Shown here: piece after piece, positions 11,338-23,793 of the stretch
Numbering within the stretch: the stretch's first letter is position 1
Layout of the letters: every line of letters starts with the position of its first letter
Source: Guillardia theta CCMP2712
Taxonomy: Eukaryota > Protista > Cryptophyta
Assembly: GCF_000315625.1 (NCBI RefSeq)
Contig: NW_005434634.1
Location: 334,531-398,530 of the forward strand
DNA: 64,000 bases
Direction of reading: 5' to 3'
Made by a program: the position numbers and the translations under genes
Notes under the pieces: generated by a model
The model's input: the letters and a program-made list of their open reading frames with translations, nothing else
Database searches by the model: none
Told to the model about the DNA's origin: nothing

Positions 11338-13723
11338 ATGGTGAGAGGCTCCATCTTGGTGCTCGTCGTGTTAATTGGCATCTCAGGCTGAAGAAGAATC
11401 TGGTATTGGCGAGCAGCAGGAACAACAGGAACAGCAAGAACAACATCATTCTGAACAACAGGAAGTTTACTCCGATGCAGACGTATTCATCATTGCTTAA
11501 TGCAAACTAGTGCAACCTGACGGTTAATGGTCCATTAGGGGCACGACCAGAGTGGTCAAATGCAGTCGTCTGATGACTCTGGATTTGCGAGAGGGTAAGT
11601 TTTATGCAGATTGTATCTATCCATGACTGATTAACTTTATGTAGAAAAATCTTCATCGGTGGATTACCTACAGAGACCACTGATTTTGATCTCAAAAATT
11701 ATTTCGTGAGATTTGGTGTCCTGGCCGATGTTGTAGTGATGAAAGGTACGTCTCTTGCTCTGTATCTTTGGGATGGCAATATGAAATCTGAGAGATTGAC
11801 TTTTTGTAAACGTTCTACATTTCTGACACTGGTGTTATGAAGATAAGCTCACTGGGAATGGAAGAGGTTTCGGGTTTGTGACTTTTGAAGATCCTGAAGG
11901 TGTGTGATTCTCCACATTTGCCCGATCTATTCCATCTTATCATGGGGGGCTGGGGATCTCTTTTTGCTTGTTCTCTTTTCGTCTTTTCCCCAGAATGCAA
12001 GGCGACGACTCGTTTTAATTCGATACTTGCTCCAGTTGCAGAAAAAGTTGTAGCAGCAAGGCACACTATCAGGGGCAGATCGGTAGGTCAAATTTATATA
12101 GTCACGGTGTCAACTACAGTACAATGCGGCGTTGAATTGCAAGGAGAACTTAGAACAAGCAATTTAGTATCCGATAGCCATGCAGAGAACAATTGTCTAC
12201 GACTAGGACTCGACAGCCATTTGAACGGACCCAAGAAAGATGCAGAAAAACAGGCCGTGCAAATTCTATCAAAATACAATAGTAGCCGTTGTGAAGCAAA
12301 TAGATATCTTGTTGCTTTGAAAGAGAAGTTTGGTGGTTGGACATATTCCTCTTAGCTAATTTTGATGTAGGTTGAAGCCAAACTTGCCATCCCTCGTGGT
12401 GAGGCTCCTGGACCTCGATCCGATCCAAGCGATCGAGTAACAAAGATTTTTGTTGGAGGGTATGGTCATTTGGAATCAGATCAATTTGAGATGAATTTAA
12501 CTTTGACCTTCAGCTTGGCAAGCACTGTCTCCGAAGCCGATTTCAAGAATTACTTCTCAAGATGGGGCAAAATCATGGATGCTCAGATCATGGTCGATCA
12601 CAATACGAAGAGGTGGAATGAAATAGCAAATTTCTAAGAGGAATTTTGCCTGATATTTGAACACCATAGGAGTCGTGGATTCGGCTTCATCACCTTTGAG
12701 TCGTACAAATCTGTAGAGGATGTGATTCGCATTCGTAATCATGAGATTAAGGTATTCATGTTTCTTTTCTGACCTGGGTAACGTTGATTCAGGGCAAACC
12801 GATCGACATCAAGAAGGCGTTTCCGAAAGGACACTTTGCGATCTCCGTACGTGATATGGCATCTTGAGGTTTCCTCCAAGTCACTTCACTTCCAGTCCAT
12901 GCGTGGTGGTGGAGGCTTCCGTGGAAGGGATGATTACAGGGACGGTGGAAGAGGAGGATCTTCTATGTTCGATTCGAGGATGATGCAAATGTACCAAATG
13001 ATGATGATGGCCTCCGGGATGGGAGGTAAGATCATTGCCTGTCAACTTGCTTGTGTTGTTCTGAAAGCAGTTTTCTACAAGGCTTTGGCGACATGATGCG
13101 TGGAGATCGTGGCTTTAGAGGCGGAGGCGGAGGAGGAAGAGGATTTGATCGTTCCTCTTGGGGAGGCATGAGGGATGAATTCCCATCCTTTGATATGCCA
13201 GCAGGTGAACAATCTCTTTGACTTATGTAGTACTTCTCACGGGTTTTTGTCAGAGGGCGGGCGAGACTGGGGAGACAACTTCTCTGCTTATCCTCCTGCT
13301 GCTGCTGCTCCCGTTGGTGGCGGAGGAATGGACGCAGCTGGCATGGATCCAAATTCCATGTATATGATGTTCCAACAGGTGAAGCATGGAAATTTCATCT
13401 TGATGACCATAATCGAATTGTGCAGATGTATGGTATGGGTGGAGACGGCGCTGGTGCAGGTGGCGCAGGACCTGCAATGGGCGGGATGGATAATATGGGC
13501 GGAATGGGAATGGGCGGAATGGGAGGTGGCTCCATGGATCTTCCCTATGCAGGTGGATATGAGAGAAATAGAAGAAGAATCAATGTGAGATGCTTTTCAG
13601 GAGGAGGTGGAGGCCGCTTTCACGACCGCTCAGACCGTGGAGGAAGGGACAGGTTTGTGACAGCCAAATTTCTGTCTATGCTCGCTCACTGCTTCTTGAA
13701 GGTTCCATCCCTACGGTCGTTGA
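11338..13723 (+). CDS. hnRNP A/B/D - Musashi/DAZAP1-like RNA-binding protein (2 RRM + Gly/Met-rich tail)
   Basis: RNP2 motifs KIFIGGL and KIFVGGL, RNP1 motifs RGFGFVTF and RGFGFITF, VEAKLAIPR, RGG-rich tail, and C-terminal RFHPYGR* (PY-NLS-like). A possible alternative start lies at 11021. Confidence 0.92.
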
Positions 13724-14013
13724 AAGCTTCCCTTCTTCGAACCCAGTGCGTTGGTCTTGTAAACCTAAGACCTACCGAATGTCTGCACGTTGGATGTCAT
13801 TTGATGATGTCAATGCTGGATGAATGAGCACTTGACTGCAACTTCAAGTATTCTCTGGATAAATTTTATATAATACAAAAATTACACGGAAACGAAAGAC
13901 TCCGCGCTCGGATAGGTGACAAGCGCTTTGCAATACGACATAATATCCTTCCGAGTTACGCAACAAACAAGCAACCCTAGCACAACCAACAGAAACAAAA
14001 GATCTCTAAGCAC

Positions 14014-14410
14014 TTAAGAGGAGTCTTCGTCAAAGAAGTCAAACCCATCTATCTCCAGTTCAGATGACGAATACGACAATCTTGGGCTTCCATCAGGGGA
14101 CCATTCGACACCCGACTTCATGTGATCATAAAGCGCTTGATCCATGGCATCTTCAGTGGGATCGAACGAGGGATCCTTCACAGACATTGGCAAGTTGTAC
14201 ATTTCATCTCCAGGGCGCCCCCAATTACCCTTCCCAGATCCATGCTTCTTCGCAAACGTCTTCGTGAAGATTTGTCCTACACGAAACAAGTCAACATCGT
14301 GATTGCTGCAACGAGTAAGTTCTTTCAATACCTCCAAAGCCATCTCTCCGGTCGCAGCAGCAGTTCTTCCTGGTGGGACGGTTGCCAGTGAATTGTTTCG
14401 AACGTGTCAT
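14014..14410 (-). CDS. Small Stf2/Tma10-like (HABP4/PAI-RBP1 family) protein, paralog A
   Basis: Two exons: MTRSKQFTGNRPTRKNCCCDRRDGFG|GQIFTKTFAKKHGSGKGNWGRPGDEM..., then an acidic tail. KKxGxGKGNWGxPGDE and the MTR start match yeast Stf2/Tma10. Confidence 0.8.
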
Positions 14411-16091
14411 GTCTCTTAGAAATGGAGGAGAAGCTCTCGGAGGACTGCTGCTCTCGTGGCCGTGGCAGGAGCGGGAGCACTGGAATGCTAGAGCAGGGAA
14501 CCCTTATAAAAGTAAATTTAGGAAGCACCCCTACTCTCTGTTTGCCCCCAGCGTGGTGTAGGTGAGATACAGAAATGGGAGTACGGGGTAGTATTACCAA
14601 GATGACAGAAAGAAAGAACAGTAGACAAAAAGGTCTCTAAATGACAACCCCCATTCCGACACCACCCTCTGTTTTATTATGATATGTGACATTCAAAATC
14701 GTCGAGGTAGAGACATTCCCCTGCACATTTTTTTCTAATGCATTTCGTAGGTAAGAGCATTGTACTCTAAGGAGGTGGGGGTAGAAGGACCCATCGTGTT
14801 TAGAAGGTGGGTCCAATTGGGTCGAAAGAAGGGTGGGTTTGTTGATGTTGACAGGAGAGACTAGGGGGGTGGGGGTGGGTCTGTTCGAGAGAGTTCTTCC
14901 GTTCCTCTGCCAGCAAGAAAATCGAAAAAGAAACTTTTCGAGGATCCAACAATAAGACCAGATACCGTTCTCACCCCACCCTCACCAATACCAAAGAACA
15001 CGAAATAAGTAAACGTTTAGTATTATAATCTTGTACCACTGACGTACTTTTGAAAAAGTACACCCCATCCCCCACGCGAGGAAATTCGACCCACCCTGAA
15101 CACGTTAAAGCTTCCCAACTCCTGCCCCTTTTTAAAATAGTATTTTTGAATGATCCTCTGCCAGTAAAGAAACTCTACCAAGATCACACTATGGTACAAG
15201 GAATTGGGATTGTACCCTGCTTTTACAATATTTTTCAACGTTATACTAGGTACTGATATACAATCGTGGTAATGAATGTTAGTACTTGTACCTCCCGTTG
15301 GTAGAACGTGGTTGCCGTTGCAGCTCGAAGCGATGCCTTTCGTCGGGCTCCTACCCTCAGGAGGTCGCATCTCTCCGGTAGCAGAGCTACGGTTTCAGTA
15401 CCGCCAGACACCACAAAACACTTGTAATTTGAAAATAATGTAGTTTTTAGCTGCTTGTACAAACTTACACGAAGTCCGTACTGTCAGAAAATGATAAAAG
15501 GTTAATTTTAGGCTGGGATCTTGACTTCACGTTAATCTCATAGTACAAGAATTTGGTATTGTTTGTGAAACGATATATGTTTGTTTTTTTAAAATAATAT
15601 AAATGTAATTTTTGATTTATTCTCAGGTTGATGGTAACCCACAAGGGGGGGCGTTGCCGAGTCGGTACAATTTTAAATACATGTATACACGCTGGATAAA
15701 ATAGGAGGGTTCGTGGTACAGAGGGGGTCATTAAATTGGTGGTGATTAGCCTCCGAGGTGGGTGGGGGGGTTAAATTATCGAAGCTGTACCCCATACTTT
15801 CTCGGGTAATACTGGTAAAATTAGGGGGTACTATCAGCTGAAGAGGTTGATCGAAAAGTTCACTTTGTTGCATGGTGGGGTGGTATCATGAGGGTAGGGT
15901 GGGGAAGTACTGTTTATAAAGGGTAGTTGGGGCGGAAGCAAAGGAATAAAGTTCGGACACGAAAGGAAGGAGAACGTAATCTAACGAACAAAGAGCGTGA
16001 ACCGCGTCTTGCTGTTGGACAGATTGGGAGAAACAAAGAAAGACATTCCTATTGAGGACCACATCGTTTGAAGAAACAAGCTGAAAAGAAG

Positions 16092-16592
16092 ATGACCAGA
16101 TCGAAGTCGATGACTGTATTGGGCAACCGCAATACCAGAAAGAACATGCACACTGATCGCATGTCTGGAGGTGAGATGAATTAATCCATTGGTCCATTTG
16201 TCCTCTGATCTTACAGCAGCTGCATACTACTCTACCACCAAGAAGCATGGTGCTGGCAAGGGCAACTGGGGTCGTCCTGGTGACGAACTCTCTGTGCCGT
16301 CAATCGACGAGCAGGACCCCGCATACGACAGGTAAGAAAGCACTTTATCGCTCTTCTTGTAGAATCTCACATCTGTTTGATTTTCAGTGCGGACGAGCTG
16401 TTCCAGAAGGCCTTTGGTACCTCACCACCTTCGACTTCTTCGTTCGACTGGTCTGCAGTTCAGGACCTTTCAGACGAGGATCAGATGGCAATGAACGAGA
16501 TCGAAGATGCCATGCGCGAGGAGTGGATGAGGAACTACGAGAAGGAGGCGGAGGATATCTCCGATGAGGCTGAGGAGTTCTTTGGACAATAA
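16092..16592 (+). CDS. Small Stf2/Tma10-like protein, paralog B
   Basis: Three exons: MTRSKSMTVLGNRNTRKNMHTDRMSG|AAAYYSTTKKHGAGKGNWGRPGDEL...|acidic tail ending EEFFGQ*. Confidence 0.8.
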
Positions 16593-16780
16593 TTGATGCT
16601 TTGGTTGATTTTTGTACGTACGAAGAACTTGGGGCAATGGACAGCAGAGGAGCTGAGCCGCGAGTTTCTGTTTTAGTAGTGTGAAATAGAAAAAGGAAAA
16701 AAGAAATTTTGAACAGAGCAAGTTTTATTCTTGAAAAGTGAAATAAAAAAAACCGGTAAACAAAGTTCCTCGTATCTCGT

Positions 16781-16927
16781 TCATTGGCTTTCCTCATCAT
16801 CTTCCAATCCGACCTTCAAAGAGCTCCTTGACCCTCGCATGATTCTGTCTATCTCGGACACCTCCACTTCATCTTCACTTCCTTCCTCCTCTCCTTCTTT
16901 TTCCTCTCCATCATATGACTCCTCCAT

Positions 16928-16960
<33 letters not shown>

Positions 16961-17714
16961 TTCCGATTTCTGTATCTGGGTCAAACGGCACAACAATGGG
17001 AAATCGCTCACCTTGTTCCCTTTCTTCTGCCTGCTGGCCTTCTGGAGCAGCATGAAGGTCAGACAAGTTGGCTGGACCGAGGAAGGAGCGCAACTCACCG
17101 GCTTGCCGTACATGGGGTCTGGCCAGAAGGTTCTGTTTACCTGCAGAGCGATCAGAAGATGCTTGATACTTTCCACACCCAACCTTGGTGACGAGGTCGC
17201 CTCGGGCATCGACGACTCCTGCACTCTCCAGCCATCTCCTGTCAGCGTCGGACTGAGGTGTGTTGAAATCCGTTATCTGAAAGAGCTGGAGACAGCATGT
17301 GAGTTCCCAGACCGCACCTCGGCCAAGTCACGTTCGACCTCCTCTAGGCTGAGTGCCTTCCCGTTGTAGGATTCGAAGGCCGCGCTTTCCACCCATTCCC
17401 TCCAGGCCTTAGGATCAGCGAGCGGGTGTTGATCGCTCGTGACTGGAAGAGGAGGATAAGAGCGGGAGGCAAGCATGGTGGAGATGGACCGTTCTGCTGA
17501 TTCTCGCGCATCTCTTTGAGGTGGTAGATTAAATCCTTCCGACCATCATGTCAAGACCAAGAAGTCAGTCCCTCCTCCACCTTCCACCTTCTCGTTCGGA
17601 TCGTCCCATATCGCTGAGAGCGGAACTTGGTCCACTGGGACATTCGATAGATTGGACATGTCCATAGGCTGCAAAGAAGTAGCAGGTAAAAGTCAGAAAA
17701 CAAGCTTGATGGAC

Positions 17715-17776
<62 letters not shown>

Positions 17777-20719
17777 TCAAGGTCAGGATGAAGAGCAGGA
17801 TCAGGATCAGGATCAGGATCAGGATCAGGAAATAGCCAGGAAGAAAGAGAAGAAAGCGAGCGTCCAATGGAATGGAGAGGCAGAGGCAGGGGAGCGCACC
17901 GGAGGACGATATTTCTCCTCCGAATCGTAAGCGACACGAAGTTTCGTCAGCAGCGAGTCCTTATGCCGCCTGCATCGAGCCATCATGGTCGTCAAAATTT
18001 CTGCTCCACACTCACTCCAACAGATCTCGAGTTTGGGGAGGCCCGCCCTTGATGAATCTTTCCTGCATCATCGCTTCACTTCTCAGTGATCCTGCAGAAG
18101 AAGCGAACGGACCGCAGCAAACATCAGAAGATCCATGATTGGCTCCAATCGAGTTTCGGCCTGATAAAGAGGGTGAGCGAGGGAGGGAGCGTGGAGGGTA
18201 ATGAACAGATGGATGCTGAGGAATGCAAGTCGAAGAGCGAGAGGAGAGACGCGAAGACAAGCCATGTACCTCCTTCAGCATCCTTCCGAAGATTTTGAGA
18301 CCCTCTGGGTGAGTCCAGTCGGTCTGGTCGCAGATGATGGAGTACTGCAGCAATCTCAAGGTCTGAGATCTGAATAATCGCCACTGCTACCTGGATGTGA
18401 CGGAAGACGAGGCGAACCAACATGGCGGGATAACTTGTAGGAGGAGAAGAATTTAGCGATGATGAAAGTAAATGAAGAAAGAAAAGAGGGAAAAGGAGAG
18501 AGGGACAAAGATGAGAGAAACAGAGAAATCAGAGAATGGAAAATTGTCGAGGCATCATACAGATCTCCCAAGAGCTGGACCACATTGTACATCGATCCTC
18601 CTTCCCGAGCGAAGCCTGGTTGACCACAGTCATCGGTGGTAGACGTCGGACGTCGAGAAAAGCACCTGGATGCACCGCTTCCAAGTCGTTCACAGCAGGC
18701 TGCGAAGAGAAAGGTGAAGAGAGGAGGACAGTGAGTTCAGCCGAACCTGCATCACATCAAGGACGGATCCCTCCAACAATCGGGCGACTTCCGCCTTCTG
18801 AGGATCCAACCTGTCGTCGAAGATCAGAGCTCGAGAGAACAGAGAAAAAGTCAATCACTTGTTCTTTGAGACGAGCATATCGATGTCTTCCGCAGTGACA
18901 TACGTGCGAGACTCTTCGTACTTGTTGAAACGTCAACAGATCTGCGTCGCGAACATAAACTTGACTGACATTCTTCATGTCGATTCCTTCTACATGCAGT
19001 TTCTCCATATCAGCCATGGGTCTTTTTGCCAACTAAAGGAAGACATCAGATCGTTTCAGAAGAGGAAAAACCAATGTTTAGGAAAACAATAATCACAGTG
19101 TTTTGTCAACGAGATTTGCAGTTTTGTCAACGAGATTTGCAAAATCACGAAGTGTTTGGCGTGAGAGCTATCAAGAAGGATGATATCTGTAAGTAAATAA
19201 AATTTCTGTACCTCTGCATGGAGTTCCAATGCTTTCTCATACACTAATGATACAATGGGTCATTGAATTCGGAGGAGGACGAGGAATTTCAAAGTTACAC
19301 GCGTAGATGGGAATCGTCAATGGAGGACTGGCCAATTCTCCTGTGCCAGACAAACAATCACGACCAATATGATCACACCTAGCGTGAGAACACACCCGGA
19401 ATGTTCATCATTGCCTTTGATGATCCTTTCTATGATACAAACCGTCAACAACAGGCTAGAGCATGTGAAGAAGTTGAAATCGTAGCAAGACCAAACTTTC
19501 AGAGTTCCAACCGTGGAACCAACTCACCTCCGCAGCCTCTTGCTGATAGTTGACGATCCTTTCGACCTGTACACAGATCATCTTCAAATTTGATGGAGCA
19601 AGACTGCAACAATCTGACCTCACGCTGGAGTTCTTCTTCTGTCGCGTCTTTGTTTGCCATCTCCACTCTTGCTCTATCAGCCCAGCGTGCAAGGTAAGCA
19701 AGTGGAAGCATTCATGATCGATCGATCTTCTCGCTGACCTGATCAGTTCGAGTTGCTCATCATCGTTTTGAGCCATGAACAATTCCTGATCGATTTCTTT
19801 AACGCGTCTTCCACGTCATAATATCAGAAACCTCTAGTTCATCAGACGTCAGCTCCTACAACACACGCTTCAGAACACTCGCAACAAAAATGATCGAAAA
19901 GAAGATTAGTGTCACCTTGTTGTAATCTACAAACTTGTCCTCCGTAATATATTCGGAATTTTCATAATCCATTTGACCTTCTTCGTCATCTCCTCCATCA
20001 TCCGTGTTCTCGTTGCTATTTCCATCTTCCTCCTCAGTCTCTTCACCAGTAGTTTCCTCCTCCTCCTCCTCCTCCTCCTCCTCCTCGACATCTTCATCTC
20101 CCCCCTCATCTCCCCCCTCATCTTCCTCCGCATCTTCCTCATCTTCCTCATCTTCCTCCTCCTCCTCCACGTCTTCCTCGTCGTCGCTACCTATTTGGTT
20201 GTCATCGTTCAAATCTTTTTTTCCATTTTCATCGTAATCAGAGGATTTCTGTCTCAGAGAGAACAGTTCCCATGGTCTCATCACGAAGCTAAGAAATTTT
20301 CCAACATTTTCCTGCGGCTTGCACTTTCTCAAACCAGCACAAATCTTCTGCTTGCAGACAGGATTCCGAGTTCCACCCATTCCCCACCGTTTCCGAGGCA
20401 AACAAAATCTGTTGGAGGGAGAGAACGCCAGCAAGGTTGCCGATCGCCCACTCCATTCTCCCGACTTCATCACCTCTTGTTCTCCTGGTGTAAAAGTTCT
20501 GACTGCCACCATCTCACCCATACCTCGGTCCCATGGCAGGCCGAGCCGCGGGTAGGATCTGGCCTCGGCGCTCCTGAGCATGGTCGGCTTTGTTCCTCTC
20601 AGATCGAAGTTGAACCTTCTTGATCCTCCTTTATCCTCCAAGTCCAGTCGTTCAGAATTCCCCATGCTTACCGCCATGAGCGCGACGGCCATGGCCAAAC
20701 ACCGAGCCGTCGCCACCAT
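16781..20719 (-). CDS. Hypothetical multi-exon protein with N-terminal signal peptide and two acidic tracts (may be two genes)
   Basis: First exon MVATARCLAMAVALMAVSMG... (287-aa ORF with a D/E tract), then a chain of small minus-strand exons to a terminal acidic exon ending at 16781. Confidence 0.5.
17715..17829. repeat. (GAGCAG)n grading into (GATCAG)n hexamer array
   Basis: Seen directly; probably intronic. Confidence 0.9.
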
Positions 20720-21236
20720 ATCCCGATGCGTCTCGAGATGAAATGGGTTGAGCTAAGATAGATATACCGAGCTAAATCGATAAAACATTGGAACTTTAGA
20801 ACCTTTTCAATGGGAACTTCTTCAATGTGAAACTTTCAACTTTGAAACTTTGTGATAGTTCTGAGCGGGGATGAGGTTATTCTGCGAGGGGTCATTGGGA
20901 AATGAGCACTGCGGTGGTTCAGGTAAGACAAGAGGGGAGGGAGGAGAGCGGAGGAAAGGAAATGGAGAAGGAGAAGGAGAAGGAGAAGGAGAAGACAGAA
21001 GAGGAAGGACGAGATGAGGCGAGGAGAGATAAGAGAGTGGTTGTAAGAGATGACGTTGGTGACGAAAACAACAAGCAAGACAAACGATGAGGAGAATGCT
21101 TACTGAACTCAGGTACCGCGTGGTACAGCAGGACATGGGTTCACTGGGGAAAGGCTGAATAGTTGAGGTCAGGGCAGTCATTTAAACATTCGAAAGCTGC
21201 GGTGTGTGAGCACGAGGCAGTTCTCTGGGAGGAGCG

Positions 21237-23725
21237 ATGCAGTGTAGCAATTTAGCAGAGAGAGAGGAAGGAGTTGATGCAATGATTGAAACCAACTTAC
21301 ATGGACATGCTGGACAGGAGGAGAGGAAGTTCCTCCTGACTGGAGCGAGGAATGACAATGCAGCGCTACTGACAAGCAAGGGTTATGGGTCCATCTCACA
21401 GACGAGCCCTCGCATCTGCTTCGTCTTCAACGATTCGTATCTCGGGGGACAGCGATCAGCTTGGTTGTCCAAGGTCAGAGCCGCGGGGTTCTGTGTCGAG
21501 CAGACGTCGGCGAACCTTGTGGCGATCGCTGCTCCCGATGAGATGCTGCAATCTCTTGCCATACAAAGAGGATCCCACGGCCAACACACGATGCCAGCCA
21601 CCCCTGAACGATCGCTACACGTCCTCCTCTCCGAGTTTGATCCGTCCCTTGCCGCTTTTCTGGAAGTTCCTGGCCCTTTCTCCAACAGGAGCAGGAAACC
21701 AAGGCTATCGGAGGAGGTGAGTGGGAGGAGAGAAGTTGGATCTCTGTTGCGACTTGAGTGTGAGTTGATCGTTATCATGCAGTTGGAAGCTTCTGGCCTG
21801 ATCGGATGGTTTTGGTTGCATAACGTGGAGTCTGCTGCTACCATCGCTCCCAAGTACGTCTGGTCGGGATGCTTCGGCCTCTCTCGGGAGCCGTTGGGAA
21901 AAGTGCGCGATTACTTTGGGACTGAAATCTCGTGGAACTTGCTCTACATGAACTTCGTAGCGCGATGGATGGTGATACCTGCAATGGGAAGCGCAGCCTA
22001 CAGCTATGTGAGGAGGAGCGACGTGTAATGCCTGCCTGACATGGTGCTCAGGTGACAGTCTTAGCCTTCATGTCGACTGGAAGCGTCGACAACCCTTTCC
22101 TCCCCTTGTTCAGCGTCGGGCTGGTCTTGTGGGGAATGGTCATGCTCTTCTTCTGGGGGCGGCTGGAGAGAAGATACCAGGAGAAGTGGAGGTAAGAAAC
22201 GTTCACTCAGTCAAGGAGAACCAACAACTTGAGCAGGGAGGATGTAAATATTTCAGGGCGAGATGACGTCAACACAGACGCCGTCCTCGAGTGAGCGCTT
22301 GCTGCCATTGCGATTTCGAGACGTGCTGAGCGCTGAGCAGGACAAAAGTAGACGATGAGACGGGGGAAGTGAAGTTATATTACCCTGAGTGGCGGCACAA
22401 GGCGAAGCAGTTTGCAGCCTCGACACTGATGGCTGTAAGATGACGTGGCTGACGGGGAGATAAGCTGATATCCAGCTGCAGCCCTGCCTTGTGCTCGTGC
22501 TGGGAGCAGGGCTCCTGTCCCTCGACTTCCGGGCACGGATCATCAATCTCGACCCGAAGCTCATCGATGGGATCTCGGTCGGAGGGATGCTGGGGGGGGT
22601 TGCGACGGCTGCGATCATCTTCATTGCTACGAGAGTGGTGTGCTACCACTGGTGTGCCGTCCTCACGAACTGGGAGAACTACACGAAGAGGAGCGGATAC
22701 ATCTACAGTCTCGGGGCGAAGTGTTTCCTCATCGATCTGGTGACAAACTTGCCTGTTCTGAGGTTCAGCGCTGACTGGGACTGGTCAGGTCGCCCACTCG
22801 TTCCCTCTCATCTACCTGGCCCTCCTGGACTTCCCCATCCTCTCTCGCTTCGCTCCAGCATCTAAGGCATCGATCATGGACTCCTTGACTGTGCAGGCTG
22901 TCACTGTCTTCACTGCATGGCAAGTTTGCTCACATGCGCGCTCTCTCTCTCTCTGACTCTCTCTGACTCTTCCTCCAGGTGGGTGTGTACATCCGTCTTC
23001 TCCTACTTCGAGGCTTATCTCCTCCAGCGCCGGGCAGATGCCGAAGTGGTGAGCAGCGTCAGCAGCAGGAGTTTGCGTTCAACTTAGACCCTCCTCCTAC
23101 AGGACCGGGTGGGGAACAAGCCAGATCTGTCCCACGAGGAGCAGTACCAACGGCCCACCTATCAAGGCAGAATTTTCTCCTCTTGCCCTCCGGCCCTTAC
23201 GTGCTGCTCGTTAGGTCACCTCACGACTAACTCCTGGATGTCCGTCCAGCTGATCTACAGTTTTGTCTTCGCCGCCATCTGCCCTGTCGCTCCTCTCCTC
23301 CTGTATATTTGGGTTCTTCATCGCCTCAACTGGGATCGCAGCGCCCTGCTCTATGTGTACAAGGTCTGATCCTCCTCTTCCTTATCCGCCCTATCACGCT
23401 GATGTCCTCTCCTCCTCCCTTCTCATGGATCCTCTCCCATCTCCCTCCCCTCCTCGTGCTCATGATGATTCCGCAGCGTCCCCATCCTCACCCTTCCCCC
23501 GGCGGCAACTTTTGGATGCGATCTATCTTCTTCATCATGCTCCTGGGTCTCGCGGTTCAGATCCCCCTCATCCTCTTCTGCAGCAAGGCTCTCACCTTCT
23601 GGCTGCCGAGCATCACGCTCGAGGATCGCTGGGGCATCTTCATCCTCCTAGAGATCCTCGTGTTGGTCCTGTCCTCTTACGTCCTGTCCAAGGAGTTCCG
23701 AGGGGAGGATGCGGAGGGGAAGTGA
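21237..23725 (+). CDS. Divergent anoctamin/TMEM16 family membrane protein
   Basis: VRDYFGTEISWNLLY, LTNWENY, FAAICPVAPLL and YKRPHP...GNFW, plus several TM segments. Confidence 0.85.
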
Positions 23726-23793
23726 GAGCATGTGGGATAGGAAAAGGCAAGGGAACGAAAGTGCATGAAGAATATTTACACACTCGCTGCTTC

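Noticed and set aside
11565-11630. TGATGA...CTGA resembling a C/D box snoRNA
   Set aside because: It spans a coding exon and a normal 50-bp intron, and has no terminal stem.
15023-15873. AT-rich ORFs between the Stf2-like genes as a possible transposon or viral insert
   Set aside because: Short, with no transposase, RT or capsid motifs and no TIR/TSD visible.
247-16592. Apparent cluster of RNA-modification/translation genes (Bmt5-like, DTW-SpoU, hnRNP, Stf2-like)
   Set aside because: Interleaved with unrelated genes; these are common functional classes, so chance is sufficient.
17715-17829. Regular repeat arrays as possible CRISPR or telomeric arrays
   Set aside because: Simple microsatellites with no spacers, no cas genes and a eukaryotic context.
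19100-19141. Perfect 2 x 21-bp tandem duplication
   Set aside because: Local slippage, probably intronic; no further copies seen.
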